Below, piece after piece: positions 25,961-39,063 of a DNA stretch of 64,000 nt (its first letter is position 1; every line of letters begins with the position of its first letter). The notes below the pieces were generated by a model, which saw nothing but the letters and a program-made list of their open reading frames with translations, was not told the origin of the DNA and did not search any database. This stretch comes from Eledone cirrhosa (lineage: Eukaryota): NCBI GenBank assembly GCA_964016885.1, contig OZ024742.1, forward strand, positions 74,400,001 through 74,464,000. Reading direction: 5' to 3'. A program made the position numbers and the translations under genes.

Positions 25961-28333
25961 GGAAAAAGACTAGAAATATCATCAGCTAGAACAAGCCAAA
26001 ATTCAGAAGAATAGTGAATGGATATTAAGTAAAATTCAGGAAAATTAACATGGAAAGACATGTTAAACCTAATGGGGTGCATTTGTAGATAAAGACTATA
26101 GGGCAAGAGAGCAAGCAAACATCATCAGTTCACATCTTGCTAGCACTAATAATAAGAAAATTAGGGACAGCTACTGCTCTTTAATTACTACTAATTTAGA
26201 TAGTTCTATTGATAATGTACCACCCGAGCAGGACTTGTTGTATAATAACCCTAGGAATAATACTTCGCGTAATGAGCTAATCAATAATACCCGTAAGTGT
26301 AATTGTAGAAGAAGTAATAGCTGCCCTTTAAATGGTTACTGCCTCTCTAGAAATATTGTCTATGTATGCGATGTTAGGACTAATTCTTCTTGTAAAACAT
26401 ATATAGGCTCCACATCTAATACATTTAAAACGAGATTTAATTCGCATGTATCTAACTTTAAACATATCAAATTTAAAAACTCAACTTCTCTAGCGCATAT
26501 TTGGGATTTAAAAGGGACTGGTATACCGTACAGTCTCCATTGGCGTATTGTAGCCCATTCTAACCGCTATTCCACCCATGCTAAATTCTTTGCACTCTAG
26601 AGACCCATAGTATAATTTTCTCTAAGAATGTATTGCTTAATAGAAAATCGGAAATCTTTTCTCCCTGTCCACATGCTATCTCTAATTCCTTCTTCTATTA
26701 TAAACCTAAAAGCTCAGGTTGTTGAATTTTTTGGAATCACACCTTCCTACTCTGGTTTGGACGTCTTATCTAGATATCTTTTATATTTTATATTTTTTAT
26801 TTTTATTATTATTCTTCTTCTTATTATTATTAGTTTTCTACGGTTTATTGATTTTAGTTTTCTAGTTCTTTTAGCTGTTTTAGCCTATTTAACACCTTGT
26901 CCATTATTATATTTTTACTCATCCTTTGTCGACTTATATATTTCCATCTTTATATACATCCTTGGTTGGAGTGTATCTTATTGCCTCCTTGAATAGCTAA
27001 TAGTTTTATTTTAGTCTTCTACATCTACGGTTAATGAACCTTATTCTTTCTACACTTAATCTTCGCCTTATTGAATATATATATATATTATACTTTCATG
27101 TTCCTTCTTGTCCTTCATAGTTTTACTTCTTTCTGTTCCCCTTTGTCTATCATAGTTTTAATTGTAATTTTTACTTTGGATAACGTCAGTCGTCGCAACG
27201 GAAATCAATATATCTTCGATGATTGTATTAGCTTATTTATTGAAATATCTTAATCTCTATCGGCATTGGTGACTTAAATTTTGTTCCATATGGAGTGCCC
27301 CATAATGTTTATTCAACTATTATACGATTAATTAAATTAATAAGGGTTTCAATTCAATTTTTTGATTTTGAATAGTTGTATCTTTTATTTTCACCTAACA
27401 GCCTGTTGCGCCTACGCGATTTTGTGTTTGTGTTTGTTTTTTGTTTTCGTTTTTTTGTTTTCGTTTTGTTTTGCTATCATTGCTTTGCTTCTGTCTGTCG
27501 TTCCTATCTTTTGTCACTTATGTCCATGAATATATTGTGTAAATATGTTTTTAAAACTTTCTCCCTTGCTATTGTGTGTCTGGTATTGAAATATTAATAT
27601 GTAATATTATATGTATTTGAATTATATGTATGTGTCTGGTATTGAAATATTGATATGTAATATTATATGTTTTTGAATTGCCTATATCTCCGTATATTTA
27701 TTGTCTTTATATATATATATATATTATTTTTTTTTCACCATATTTTATTGTATTGTATGGTATAATTATTATTTTTTTTACCCTGTGGAATACATTATGT
27801 TTTTATACACGTTTTGTTGAATGTGTATGGTACGTAGGATGTATTTATATATTTTTTTAATGTCAATATATTATTTTCATTGATTTTAGTATTGTTTAAT
27901 CACACCGTCTGGGTGATTATTCTATTATAATGCTTATATTTATATATTTGTGTTAATATACGTATGTGTAAATGTGTATATGCGTGTGTATATATATGTG
28001 TCCGAGTGCGTGTAGATATATATATATATATATTACATTTTTATTTCTGTATTATGTATTGTATTGTATTAAATATTATATTATAATTTTTATATCTTAT
28101 TTCTCGCACTATATTACTATGTTGTATTTCAAGTATTAGACTTATATTGTACTTTTAACGTGGGTTTGTTTAATGTTTGCTTGCTCTCTTGCCCTATAGT
28201 CTTTATCTACAAATGCACCCCATTAGGTTTAACATGTTTTTCCATGTTAATTTTTCTAAATTTTACTTTATATCCATTCACTATTCTTCTGAATTTTGGC
28301 TTGTTCTAGCCGATGATATTCTAGTCTTTTTCC

Positions 28334-28378
28334 TTGCTCTAATGAGTCCTAATTAATGGGACGAAACATTGTCAGCAA
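28334..28378 (+). ncRNA. Type I hammerhead motif, G5A variant
   Basis: Stem I ttgct/agcaa; core CTAATGA; stem II gtcct/gggac; GAAAC-att-GTC. Confidence 0.72.
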
Positions 28379-28524
28379 TTAAAGAATTTTAAATGTATTA
28401 AGGCTTCTTTGTTAATTTTTATATGATTTTTTTCGGCTGTTTGATAGCATTGAGCTATATCTTATACTGTCATTTCTTTAATACGACGAGTGTGTTTAAC
28501 TCTAACGCACTCAAGTATTTTTCT

Positions 28525-28626
<102 letters not shown>

Positions 28627-28718
28627 TATATATACACACAAATATGTATATATATATATATATATCAAATATATACACATACATACATACACAAACACAC
28701 ATACAAACAAACGCACGC

Positions 28719-28757
<39 letters not shown>

Positions 28758-29611
28758 TATATATATATGTATATATATTTATATATAATGTGCACTCACA
28801 CTGATAGGCTTAATCACACCGAGGAACGTCCTAGTAGATGTATGTATAGAGTATATGGAGAGCTATGATGCTGCAAGATGAAATGCCTGCATGTTTGATA
28901 GAATGTTGAGATGCGTACGTTCCAGATATGATGGTGGGATTTGCGGGGCTTGGTGTTTAGGGGAGTGTGTGTGTATGTGTGTGTGTGTGTGTGCGTGTGT
29001 GTGTGTGTATGTGTGTATGTGTGTGTGGTGGTGGGGCTTGGGATTGGGTAGTGGTATTTAGAAAAGGTGGTAGTAGTGGCAATGGTGGTGGTATTACTAT
29101 TTAGGGATTTTACCGGTGGTTGTGGTTGTGGGGTGGTGGTATTTAGATGTGGATATTATAGAGAAACAACGGTATTTGCAAATATAGATGGCGGTGTAGT
29201 TGTTATAGGGGGCGTTGTAGTTGTGAGAGGTGGCAGTGTAGTTGTCAAGGGTGGGGGAAGTTGATGTTGGAATTGGATTGTTAGAATAGGGGATAAGAAA
29301 AAATAAAATGAAATAAATATAAAAAAATGCGGTGAGAAAGTGTGTGAGTGTGGTAGAGGGGAAAATATATTACATATAGAGGTAACGACGTGGTGGCGGT
29401 GTTAGAGGTAACGACATGTGGTGGTGGGGGGCATATAAATGGTGGTTACATGAGAAGAAAAGGGGATGAATTAATTAAAATGAAAGAAGGGATCGTGGAG
29501 AAAAAATAGTAGATTAACTGCATATGTAAATGAAATCATGAACACCACAGACGTAGAGACAGGCAGGCGCATACAAGTACACCTACACGTACACTTGGGT
29601 ATTTGGGCCGG

Positions 29612-29722
<111 letters not shown>

Positions 29723-29835
29723 TCGCGCACAAACACACACATACACATATACGCACACGCACACACGCAATCATTTATTGATTTACTCTATGTCAAAGAA
29801 TCACTCCGCCATAAATCAGTTTCTTGCCAAGCCGT

Positions 29836-29906
<71 letters not shown>

Positions 29907-29908
<2 letters not shown>

Positions 29909-30019
29909 CGAAGGAAATGTGGTAAGGAACCAGGTGGACCATAACGCACCAAAGTACTCAATACTTAGGGTAGTAGAGTGGGTAATGGGAACAAGTAAGA
30001 CCCCGGGGTCTTACTTGTT

Positions 30020-30022
<3 letters not shown>
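29907..30022 (-). mobile_element. Fold-back family copy 3 (collapsed 36-bp perfect palindrome)
   Basis: gggaacaagtaagacccc|ggggtcttacttgttccc; body matches the reverse complement of 17031-17110. Confidence 0.85.
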
Positions 30023-30099
<77 letters not shown>

Positions 30100-30902
30100 A
30101 AAAAAATAATGAATAAAACAATGAAACAGTTCCTTATATTAAACAAAAAAAGTTCATTATTTAACGATCGTTTCTAGGACATATATGTGTTAGAATTGGC
30201 ATGCATATTCAAAAGATCTATGTACAAAATTATACAAAATATCAAAGAGAATATACATACCAACACATATATATGCTGTCTTCAGAAATAATGAAGTATA
30301 TTTATTGATAATAACAACAATTCAAAATTACAGGTCTGTTTGGGAACAGATTTTAAATAGACCAATGAAATACATAAAAATTCATCAAGAAAATACAGTT
30401 AGGTGTGTGTATATATGTAAGTAACTTCGTTCACAGATATGCATAAAAATGTATGTTCACATGCATACGCATGTCGAAAAAGTGTATGTAAATATAAAAA
30501 TTCAGGGCTAATGTCTCTGTATGTTTATAATCCACAGACAAAATATACATACATATACATACATATATACACACATATATACACACATACACATACATTC
30601 ATACACACACATGCATATATACATAAACACAGACATACCCACGAACACCCACACACACATATACACACACACACATACGTATATATTATTATTATAACTA
30701 TATGGATATTGAGGCGCACACATAAACACGGCCACATACACTTACATCTAGATGCAGAATTAAAAGTAGGTAAGGGAGTAAGTAATTAAGGAGGGTGTCA
30801 GACTCAGCATATTTATAAAAATGTATCTATAAATTTAGAAATAAAAAGAAATATAATAAAAGAAATAAACAAGTAAAACATATACTCATACATATAAATA
30901 CA

Positions 30903-30946
<44 letters not shown>

Positions 30947-31434
30947 TACATATACATATATACATATACACACATATATACACATACGCACAACACACAT
31001 ATATACATATATGTACACACACATACACACATACATACACATACATATATATATATACACATATATATACATATATATATACATATATATACATATATAT
31101 ATACACACATATATATACACACATATATATACACACACACACATACATATACGTATATATACATACACACACATACCCATGTATATATACACACAACCAC
31201 ACACTCACACACACTCAGACATACATAAATATAGAGACATACATACACACACATATATATATATACATATATATATACACACATATATATATATATACAC
31301 ATATATATACATACATATATATATATATATATAAAAAAATGAATAAATACACACAGTCAGACAATTATGCACATATATACACATACATACACACATCTCT
31401 ACAAATACATATACATACACATACATACATACAC

Positions 31435-31502
<68 letters not shown>

Positions 31503-31689
31503 TCATACACACTTATTTACATGCGCACATATGTATTTTTATACTCACATACAAACACACAAACATACATACATACTTACGTACACATACATACACCCAC
31601 GCTTACAAATACGAATAATTATAGGGGGGGGAGGGGGATTAAAATTATTAGTGGGAAATAGTAAATATAGGTTTCAAGGAACATAGAAT

Positions 31690-32820
31690 ATTAATCTGCA
31701 TTTAAATCATATGTGTTTACATTAGGAAATGGTATTTGTAAGAAAGAAGGCTAAATTATGCATTTTAATATAAGTAGACTATTAATTATAGGTTAATTAA
31801 AGTAAAAATAGTTAATATATTAATATCTAAGGTGTATACTACTTAGGTTTATAATATTTAAAGCGGAATTTTGAAGTTAAACAGTAGTAGAGTAAAAATA
31901 TTAACATGATGGTATCAATTTTAGGAAATGAATATTGTAATAGGGAAAGCCAAATCAAGTATTTCATCGGTAGTAGAATATTAATTATAGGTTAACTAAA
32001 TTAAAAATTATATATTAATTTCTATAGTATATGTTAATTAGGTTTATAATAATTAAAGCAAATTTTGTATTTTATCTATAGTAGAATATAATTATAGGTT
32101 AACTAAAATTAAAATTAATCTATATATTTATTTGTAAAGAATATATTAATTAGGTATATATTTAAAAGTTTTTCTCAGTTTATGATTACATGATATTCTG
32201 CAATCCATCTGTATTAGAATTTTAATTTTAAGCTAACTAAATTAAAATTATAGGTTAACTAAATTAAAATTAATTTATAAATTAATTTCTAAATTGTACA
32301 TTAATTAGGTTTATAATATTAAAAAGTATTTCTCTGTTATTGATTACACGATATTTTGTTATATTTCATCTGTAAAGGAATTTTAATAAAAGGTTAATTA
32401 AACTAAAATTAATCTATAAATTAATTTCCAAAGTATATATTAATTATGTTAATAATATTTAAAAGTTTTTCACAGTTTATGATTACACAATATTTTTTAA
32501 TTTCATCTGTAGTAGAATTTTAATTAAATTAAAAATATAGGTTAACTACATTTAAATTAATTTATATATTAATTTCTAAAATATATATTATTAATTAGGT
32601 TTATAATATTTAAATGTTTTTCTCAGTTTATGATTACACGATATAATTAATTCTTGTCGCTTATTTAATAGGATATCCTTAGATTTCATTATTTCAAATA
32701 GTTCTTGGGAACACAATCTACATTCATTTCTATTATTTTGATAAGGGGTGGCTCTTTTGAGCACACTCCAGGTCATATCATATTCTATATTCTTATTTCT
32801 ATAACAATTAATTTTTTCTG
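31690..32820 (-). mobile_element. PLE endonuclease C-terminus followed by a degenerate tandem array derived from the ORF end
   Basis: ORF 32591-32776 WSVLKRATPY..CRLC..E..LLNKRQELIISCNH; ttaattaggtttataat motif recurs at about 32591, 32440, 32301, 32147 and 32035. Confidence 0.75.
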
Positions 32821-32965
32821 CTAGAGATGTTGTATATATATATGACCATATATATTATATATATATATATATTATATATATATATATATTATATATATAT
32901 ATATATATATAAATGTGTGTGTGTGTGTGTGTGTGTGTGTGAGTGTGTGTGTGGTATATATATAT

Positions 32966-33262
32966 ATGTATTCGTGAGTTTTATATCGAATAATAATATT
33001 CGATCCAATTGCAAGCAAACGGCCTCATTACGCTATGTCTTTTTGACGACCATCATCATCATTTTGTTCTCGCGGTGGCACAGTGCTTTAGTGAGTTACA
33101 GAGAAGAGAGATACTCAATCTTGACAAAGAGCAATAACCCAGAAACAATGTTGTCGATTGTTTCTCTCTGTCACCGCTAGAACAAACGAATGCATGGTCG
33201 TCTAAAAATATAATGTAACGAGGCTGTTTGCTTGCAAACAAATCGAATATTCACGAATACAT
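32966..33262. mobile_element. Degenerate fold-back / MITE-like element
   Basis: atgtattcgtga...tcacgaatacat termini; inner arms ttgcaagcaaac/gtttgcttgcaa and gacgaccat/atggtcgtc. Confidence 0.6.
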
Positions 33263-33397
33263 TTACGTATTCGCTAAGTTAGAGCGAAAAATCAAATTCT
33301 AATTTTGTTTATATATATATATATATATATATGTTAAGTATTTCCGTGGACAAGGTAAAGGAAAGAAGAGTGCTCTATGTATAGTACATAGCTATTT

Positions 33398-33591
33398 AAT
33401 TATGTAATAAACAATACAGTATAATTATTCCATTACCCAAGGTTTCACGAAGTTAGACGATTTTAACAGAAACGTCTGATATCGCTCATCAGAAGGAATC
33501 TGAGGGATATCAGACGTTTCTTTTAAAATCGTCTAACTTCGTGAAACCTTGGGTAATGGAATAATCATATTGTGTTGTTTATTACATAATT
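33398..33591. mobile_element. Inverted-repeat PLE-terminal-type fragment containing an HHR
   Basis: 33398-33488 is the inverted complement of 33501-33591. Confidence 0.75.
33428..33498 (-). ncRNA. Type I hammerhead ribozyme motif
   Basis: Stem I ttcctt/atggaa (one mismatch); CTGATGA; stem II gcga..agacg/cgtct..tcgt; GAAACC-ttg-GGTA. Confidence 0.72.
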
Positions 33592-33607
33592 ATATATATA
33601 TATATAT

Positions 33608-33789
33608 AGGAAAAAGTATGACCCCGACGGCAGAGCTCAAGCCGTTTCGACGGTCCAGAAATAGCCGTCGAAACGGCTTGAGCTCTGCCGTCTGGGTCAT
33701 ACTTTTTCCTATTTCCCACTCTACCACCCTAAGTATTGAGTACTCTTGTGCGTTATGGTCCATCTGGTTCCTTACCACAATTCCTTTGT

Positions 33790-33790
<1 letters not shown>
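33608..33790 (+). mobile_element. Fold-back family copy 4
   Basis: Inverted repeat 33608-33710, same body, flanked by (TA)n. Confidence 0.87.
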
Positions 33791-33828
<38 letters not shown>

Positions 33829-33888
33829 GGAGAGAGTGAGAGAGTGAGAGAAAGAGAGAGAAAGAGATGGAGAGAGAGAGAGATAGAT

Positions 33889-34080
33889 GTAAAGTCCCGA
33901 CCGCGGCGCCAAGTGGTTTCGGCTTATGTGATCAGGCTTGCTGAACACACAAGCCGAAACCGCTTGAGACGTCAGTCGGGATTTTTCATTTCTCTATACC
34001 CACTCTACATCTCTCTATGTATCGAGTACTCACATGATTACTACGTCTTCTCGGTCTCAGCACCACAGAACCCCCTCTCT
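33889..34080 (+). mobile_element. Diverged relative of the fold-back family
   Basis: Inverted repeat tcccgac..ggtttcggctt / aagccgaaacc..gtcggga, then tacccactctac..gagtact..accaca. Confidence 0.6.
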
Positions 34081-34147
34081 CTATATATATATATGCAAAA
34101 AGTAAATGGAAATATATTAATTTAATGCTTGATATAGTAGGAAAGAG

Positions 34148-34183
34148 TCTTTATGTTTCGGACACTAGTCCTTCATCAGAAGA
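34148..34183 (-). ncRNA. Minimal type I hammerhead motif
   Basis: tctt CTGATGA a ggac-tagt-gtcc GAAA cata aaga; perfect stems I and II. Confidence 0.72.
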
Positions 34184-34328
34184 TTGAACGAGAAATAAAA
34201 GATAAACTAGAAAGATAGAGAGTGAAGAGGAAGGAACGGAAAATTGTTTTTGAGAAAAAGCATGTGTATATTCAGCCAATCTTTATGTATGTATGTATGT
34301 ATGTATGTATGTATGTATGTATGTATGT

Positions 34329-34725
34329 ATGTATGTATGTATGTATGTATGTCAAAGGCTAAGGGATCATCTCTCCCGGTGATTTTGGATGGCCATTGAC
34401 TCTTAAGAGCTCCTTTGCCCTTTGACATTTGATGGTAACCAATGATGTTGACTTGTTCTTCTTTTTGGTAAATATCATCTTGGTTAAGAGAGTGGGACTA
34501 GCTTTGTGCAGTGCCTTTGCTCACTATAAAAGCTTCACGGCACAAGCATTGCTTTATATCTGGAGATCTCTCTGCACTTGTCATCACATGGTACCATGGG
34601 CCCAGCACTATGTGTCAATAATTGTCACAAGTGTAGTGTTTGTACCAGAGTTTTCAAGTCGCTGGCTGGACTAAAAAGTCACACTCGTTCAGCGCATCGG
34701 TAAGGGTTCTCCTACATGCCACCAT
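34329..34725 (+). mobile_element. Non-autonomous RTE derivative (5' UTR piece plus C2H2-finger 3' end) in (TATG)n, with an inverted 5' segment
   Basis: CSVCTRVFKSLAGLKSHTRS resembles the RTE tail at about 5670-5730; homologous to 37655-38058. Confidence 0.7.
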
Positions 34726-34782
34726 GTATGTATGTCTATCTAGTTATATATATATTTACACATATGTATGTGAATATATGTG

Positions 34783-35060
34783 AAGGCGCATGGCTTAGTG
34801 GTTAGAGCAGTAGGCTTGCAATCGAAAGTTTGTGAGTTCAATTCTCAGACCGGGTGATGTATTGTTTCCTTGAGGAAGGCACTTTATTTCACGTTGCTCC
34901 AGTTTACTCAGCTGAAAATGAGTACCAGCAATAGCTGCAGGTTTAACCCTGCGATGGACTGTCATCCTGTCTAGAGGGGAGTCTTGTACTCTCAGTCGCT
35001 TCACGCCATGAAACCGGGATAAGCACCGACCAAATGAGCCTTCTGGCTCAAGACAGACTT
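34783..35060 (+). mobile_element. tRNA-derived SINE, second family, full length
   Basis: A box tggcttagtgg, B box gagttcaattct, body ccctgcgatggact..gaaaccgggataag. Confidence 0.82.
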
Positions 35061-35089
35061 TAGACTGTAGATGTGAATATATACATACA

Positions 35090-35521
35090 TACATGATGAT
35101 AGCTGCAACTTGATTTCGAGTAATGCTATCGCTTGATAGCGACGCCTGTGTTTGAAGCTTTTTTAAGTGAGGAAAGGCTTTGCACGGAATCAATCCCACT
35201 CTTTGAACATCGAATACATCTAGAACTGGATGCAAACGAAGTCGCAGGCTTTCATCAGAGTGACCTTCTCTTAATGAAGATTAGGGGTCTCTCACCCCCT
35301 ACAAAAAAGTTAAAAGTTAAAAACTTTTTGGATGGCCGTTGACTCTCTTGAATTTCCCCGCCCTTTGACGGGTTTTGTGTTTTATCCCACATGGTGTCCA
35401 AAATCACCCTCTTCAGCAAGCAGGCTTGGTGGGTTGCTGGTTTAGTTGCCTACGACCCGATCATGTACAGGTTGTACTGGGTTACATATTACCAGTAGCG
35501 CCGAAGAGTGACCCGGCACAT
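35090..35521 (-). mobile_element. Non-autonomous RTE-related element flanked by (TATG)n
   Basis: Shares gagagtcaacggccat with 60830-61020 and agagtggga..cact.aaaagcttca with 34490-34548. Confidence 0.62.
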
Positions 35522-35533
35522 ACATACATACAT

Positions 35534-37589
35534 AAGTCCCAGACATTATTGTCAGAGCCATAGAGAGGCTGTCTTCTTCTTGGGCTACTATCCTAAGGTT
35601 AAAGACAGAGAGGGAGGACTCTATTTTCACTGATAAAATAAAATATCGCAGTGGTATATTTCAGGGGAACAGCCTCTGTGTGATATTATTCATCTTGTCA
35701 TTAAACCCCTTGTCCTTTCTGCCTAAGAAATGTGAGGGATACATCATTGGCTCACAGGAGGACAGAAATATGAACCTAACCCATAATTTCTTTGTGGACG
35801 ATCTGAAAATCTATGCCAAGAACATGGATGGGTTGAAAAAAAATCTTGACCTGGTTACACCGTTCTCAAAGGATATAGGAATGGAGTTTGGTCAAGATAA
35901 ATGCTCATACATGACTGTAAAGCGGGGAAAAACAACAACCCAATCTAGCAACATTGTCATCAATGGCCTAACTGTTTCACCGATATCTGATGAGGACTGC
36001 CTGGGGATAGGTGAGAACATATCCTATAATGGTATCTATAATAAGGAACTCGTAACCAGGGAATACTACACCCGATTAAGAAAGATTTGGTCATCGGAAC
36101 TCTCTGCGCAAGACAAAACAGTGGCTCACAATGTGTTTGCTGTGCCTATCCTAACACCAATATTTGGAATATTCAATTGGACGATAGACGAAATCCGAGC
36201 AGTTGATGTTGGAACTCGAAAAATACTAAACAACACCGGAAACTTCCACACCAACAGTGACATAGACGGCCTCTACTTGAAACGTAAGCAGGGAGGCAGA
36301 GGCCTAACATCAGTCCAGACAGCATTTGAATGTCGCATCATATCTCTCCGACAACATCTACGAACCTCGAAGCGTAGGAGCCCGTATCTCGAGCAAGTCT
36401 ATCTGCATGAAACAGATAAGATCATGAGAGATGAGAAGGAACTCATCGAGAGATATTCCCTGTGAGATAATCAAAAACTCACACCCAGTGAAGCGGCTCA
36501 GCAGTATCGCAGTGAATCCATGGATGAAAAACTGCATGCTTATCAGCAAAAAAAATCATGCATGGATATGTTGTGAGGAAGCTCCAGAGTGAGAGTAATA
36601 TAGATAAGGAAAGTAGTCTATCTTGGACCAACAACCGCTATATTGGCTCCCACTTTGAAGGATACGCTTTTGCAATCCAAGAACAGGAGATTAACACGAA
36701 ATACCCGATTCACAAAAGAGATAGGGATGCAGGCAAAAATCTAGATGTGATAACAAGTGCAGATTTTGCAAAACTAACATCGAGGATATCACCCATGTCA
36801 TCAGCAGCTGTCCAAAGATATCATCGCGGTACTATCTACCTATGAGGCATGATGTAGTGGCCAAAACACTGGACAATGCAGTTCGTAAAAAAGATAGCCC
36901 CGATAATAAACACATTAAAAGCTACAGCAACGTGGAAGACATCCATGTACATAATATGAAAGAGTACTGGTGGAATGTTCCAGTAAAACACCCAATAAAA
37001 TGCAGGCATAACAGACCAGATATTATGATATGGGACAAGAAAGCATGCACAGTAGTGGAAATTAGCTGCCCAGCAGATGCCAATATAATATCAAAGATTA
37101 GCGAAAAGGAGAATATTTATGCAGAACTGATGAGAAATCTGCAGATACTCCACCCTGATTACACCTTCAGATTTACGCCTGTGATTATTGGGACACTGGG
37201 ATATGTTAGTAACTGCCTCAATAGAAATCTTGAGAAGCTGGGCTTCACAGCAACAGAAAGAACACAACTAGTTAGGAAATTACAAGTCAATCCATTAATG
37301 GAACAGTAAAATATGTGAAACATTTCAAAAATTTTGCATCTAATAGATGCATATACACATGTACAGATACAAAGCATATACATATGCACAAGATACAAAG
37401 CATATACACATGCACACATACAACTCAAAACATAGACATCCACACATACAATAACATCCATATCTACACATGCATACATAATCTACCTAGTTGATGTTGT
37501 GTAAATTCCAATAAGAGTGTTGTATCTATGTTAGAAACCGACTCTCTCTCTATTTTGAAAAAAATTGTGAAATTATAAAACCAGAAGAA
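35534..37589 (+). mobile_element. R4-type RLE retrotransposon (second lineage), frameshifted, flanked by (CATA)n
   Basis: GIFQG.SL, FVDD, GGRGL, AIQEQ, RHD and RPDIMIWD..VEISCP..KENIY motifs across ORFs 35680-37309. Confidence 0.85.
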
Positions 37590-37654
37590 CATACATACAT
37601 AGATACATACATACATACATACATACATACATACACACATACATACATACATAT

Positions 37655-38058
37655 ATGGTGGCTGCCAACTCGTTTTCGAGTACGGCCACTACTTTATATC
37701 CATGTAGGAGAAACCCTACCGATGCGCTGAACGAGTGACTTTTTAGTCCAGCCTGCGACATGAAAACTCTGGTACAAACACTACACTTGTGACAATTATT
37801 GACACATAGTGCTGGGCCCATGGTACCATGTGACGACAGGTGCAGAGAGATCTCCAGATATAAAGCAATGCCTGTGCCATGAATTTTTTATAGTGAGCAA
37901 AGGCACTGCATACAGCCAGTCCCACTCTCTTAACCAAGATGATATTTACCAAAAAGAAGAACAAGTCAACATCATTGGATACCATCAAGGTTGCAGGTGT
38001 TATATCAGAGTTTTCCTTCTCCTAGAATTCTGCCTTGACAAAGGCTAAGGGGTCATCA
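37655..38058 (-). mobile_element. Non-autonomous RTE derivative flanked by (CATA)n
   Basis: RTE-type 5' UTR motif ctaggagaaggaaaactctga joined to a zinc-finger 3' end (CSVCTRVFMSQAGLKSH). Confidence 0.72.
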
Positions 38059-38314
38059 TACATACATACATACATACATACATACATACATACATACATA
38101 CATACATACATACATACATACATACATACAAATGTGTGTGCATGTAGTGAACGTCTGTCCTTTCCGTTGACGAATGTTCCAGTTGTTCGAAAAATGATAG
38201 AGCCTACTCGTGAAATTAACTTGCATGTGGTTGAGCATTTCACAGACACGTGTACCATTAACGTAGTTCTCAGGGTGATTCAATGTGTCACTGGCCCCTT
38301 TGAATTATAGATAA

Positions 38315-38450
38315 AACTCATTTTTTGCCAGCTCAGTTGACTGGAGCAGCATAAATTAATGCCTTGCTCAATGATACAACCGACCATCGGGAATCGAATT
38401 CACGGCCATACGATCATGAGCCCCCGAACCCCTAACTACAAAACGACGGA
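38315..38450 (-). mobile_element. Degenerate tRNA-derived SINE fragment (second family)
   Basis: gaattcgattcc B-box-like motif; gctccagtcaactgagctggcaaaaaatgag. Confidence 0.55.
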
Positions 38451-39001
38451 CAGTCACACATACACACACATGCAGACGCACAAACACAAACACACGCATA
38501 CACACACACACAGACAGACAAACACACACACACACATATACAAACACTCACACAAGAGAAGTAAGAACGAGAGAAAGATACGTTTGTGTATGAAGTAAAA
38601 GACATATAAGGTAAAATAAGTAATTACGCCAGAAACCTCACCAATCTTCCAACAGAGGAATGAATAAGATAAAAGATGACATCAATCAACATTCAATGAT
38701 AAAATGAATAAAGACGAGTTTGAAGTATGGGAGCTCGAACTTAGTTCAGTTTTGTGGCCATCTTCATAGAGGGCGTTGTTAAGAAAGGACTGCGTCATGG
38801 CTGAATTCCTTCATGAGTAAATTGAAGCTTAATTGAGAAAGAGACAGAATATCGTTACATTTTCTGTTTTCGGTTGAAGAAATGGAAAGAGAGAAACAAG
38901 AACAAGAAAACCACGCAGACAAAATAATTGCACTAGACAGACACAAACACACACTCTCACAAATGCAGCTGTCTGGTATATATATCGTTACACCAATTCT
39001 G

Positions 39002-39063
<62 letters not shown>

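Larger units (their letters stand above)
25876..28418 (+). mobile_element. Penelope-like element, 5'-truncated, with an inverted terminal repeat of about 245 bp
   Basis: 25876-26122 is the inverted complement of 28173-28418; GIY-YIG endonuclease remnant in ORF 26235-26600 (CNCR..CPL..C..NIVY..YIGST..FKTRF..H). Confidence 0.88.

Noticed and set aside
34783-34860. tRNA gene
   Set aside because: A and B boxes continue into a SINE body; no convincing cloverleaf or acceptor stem
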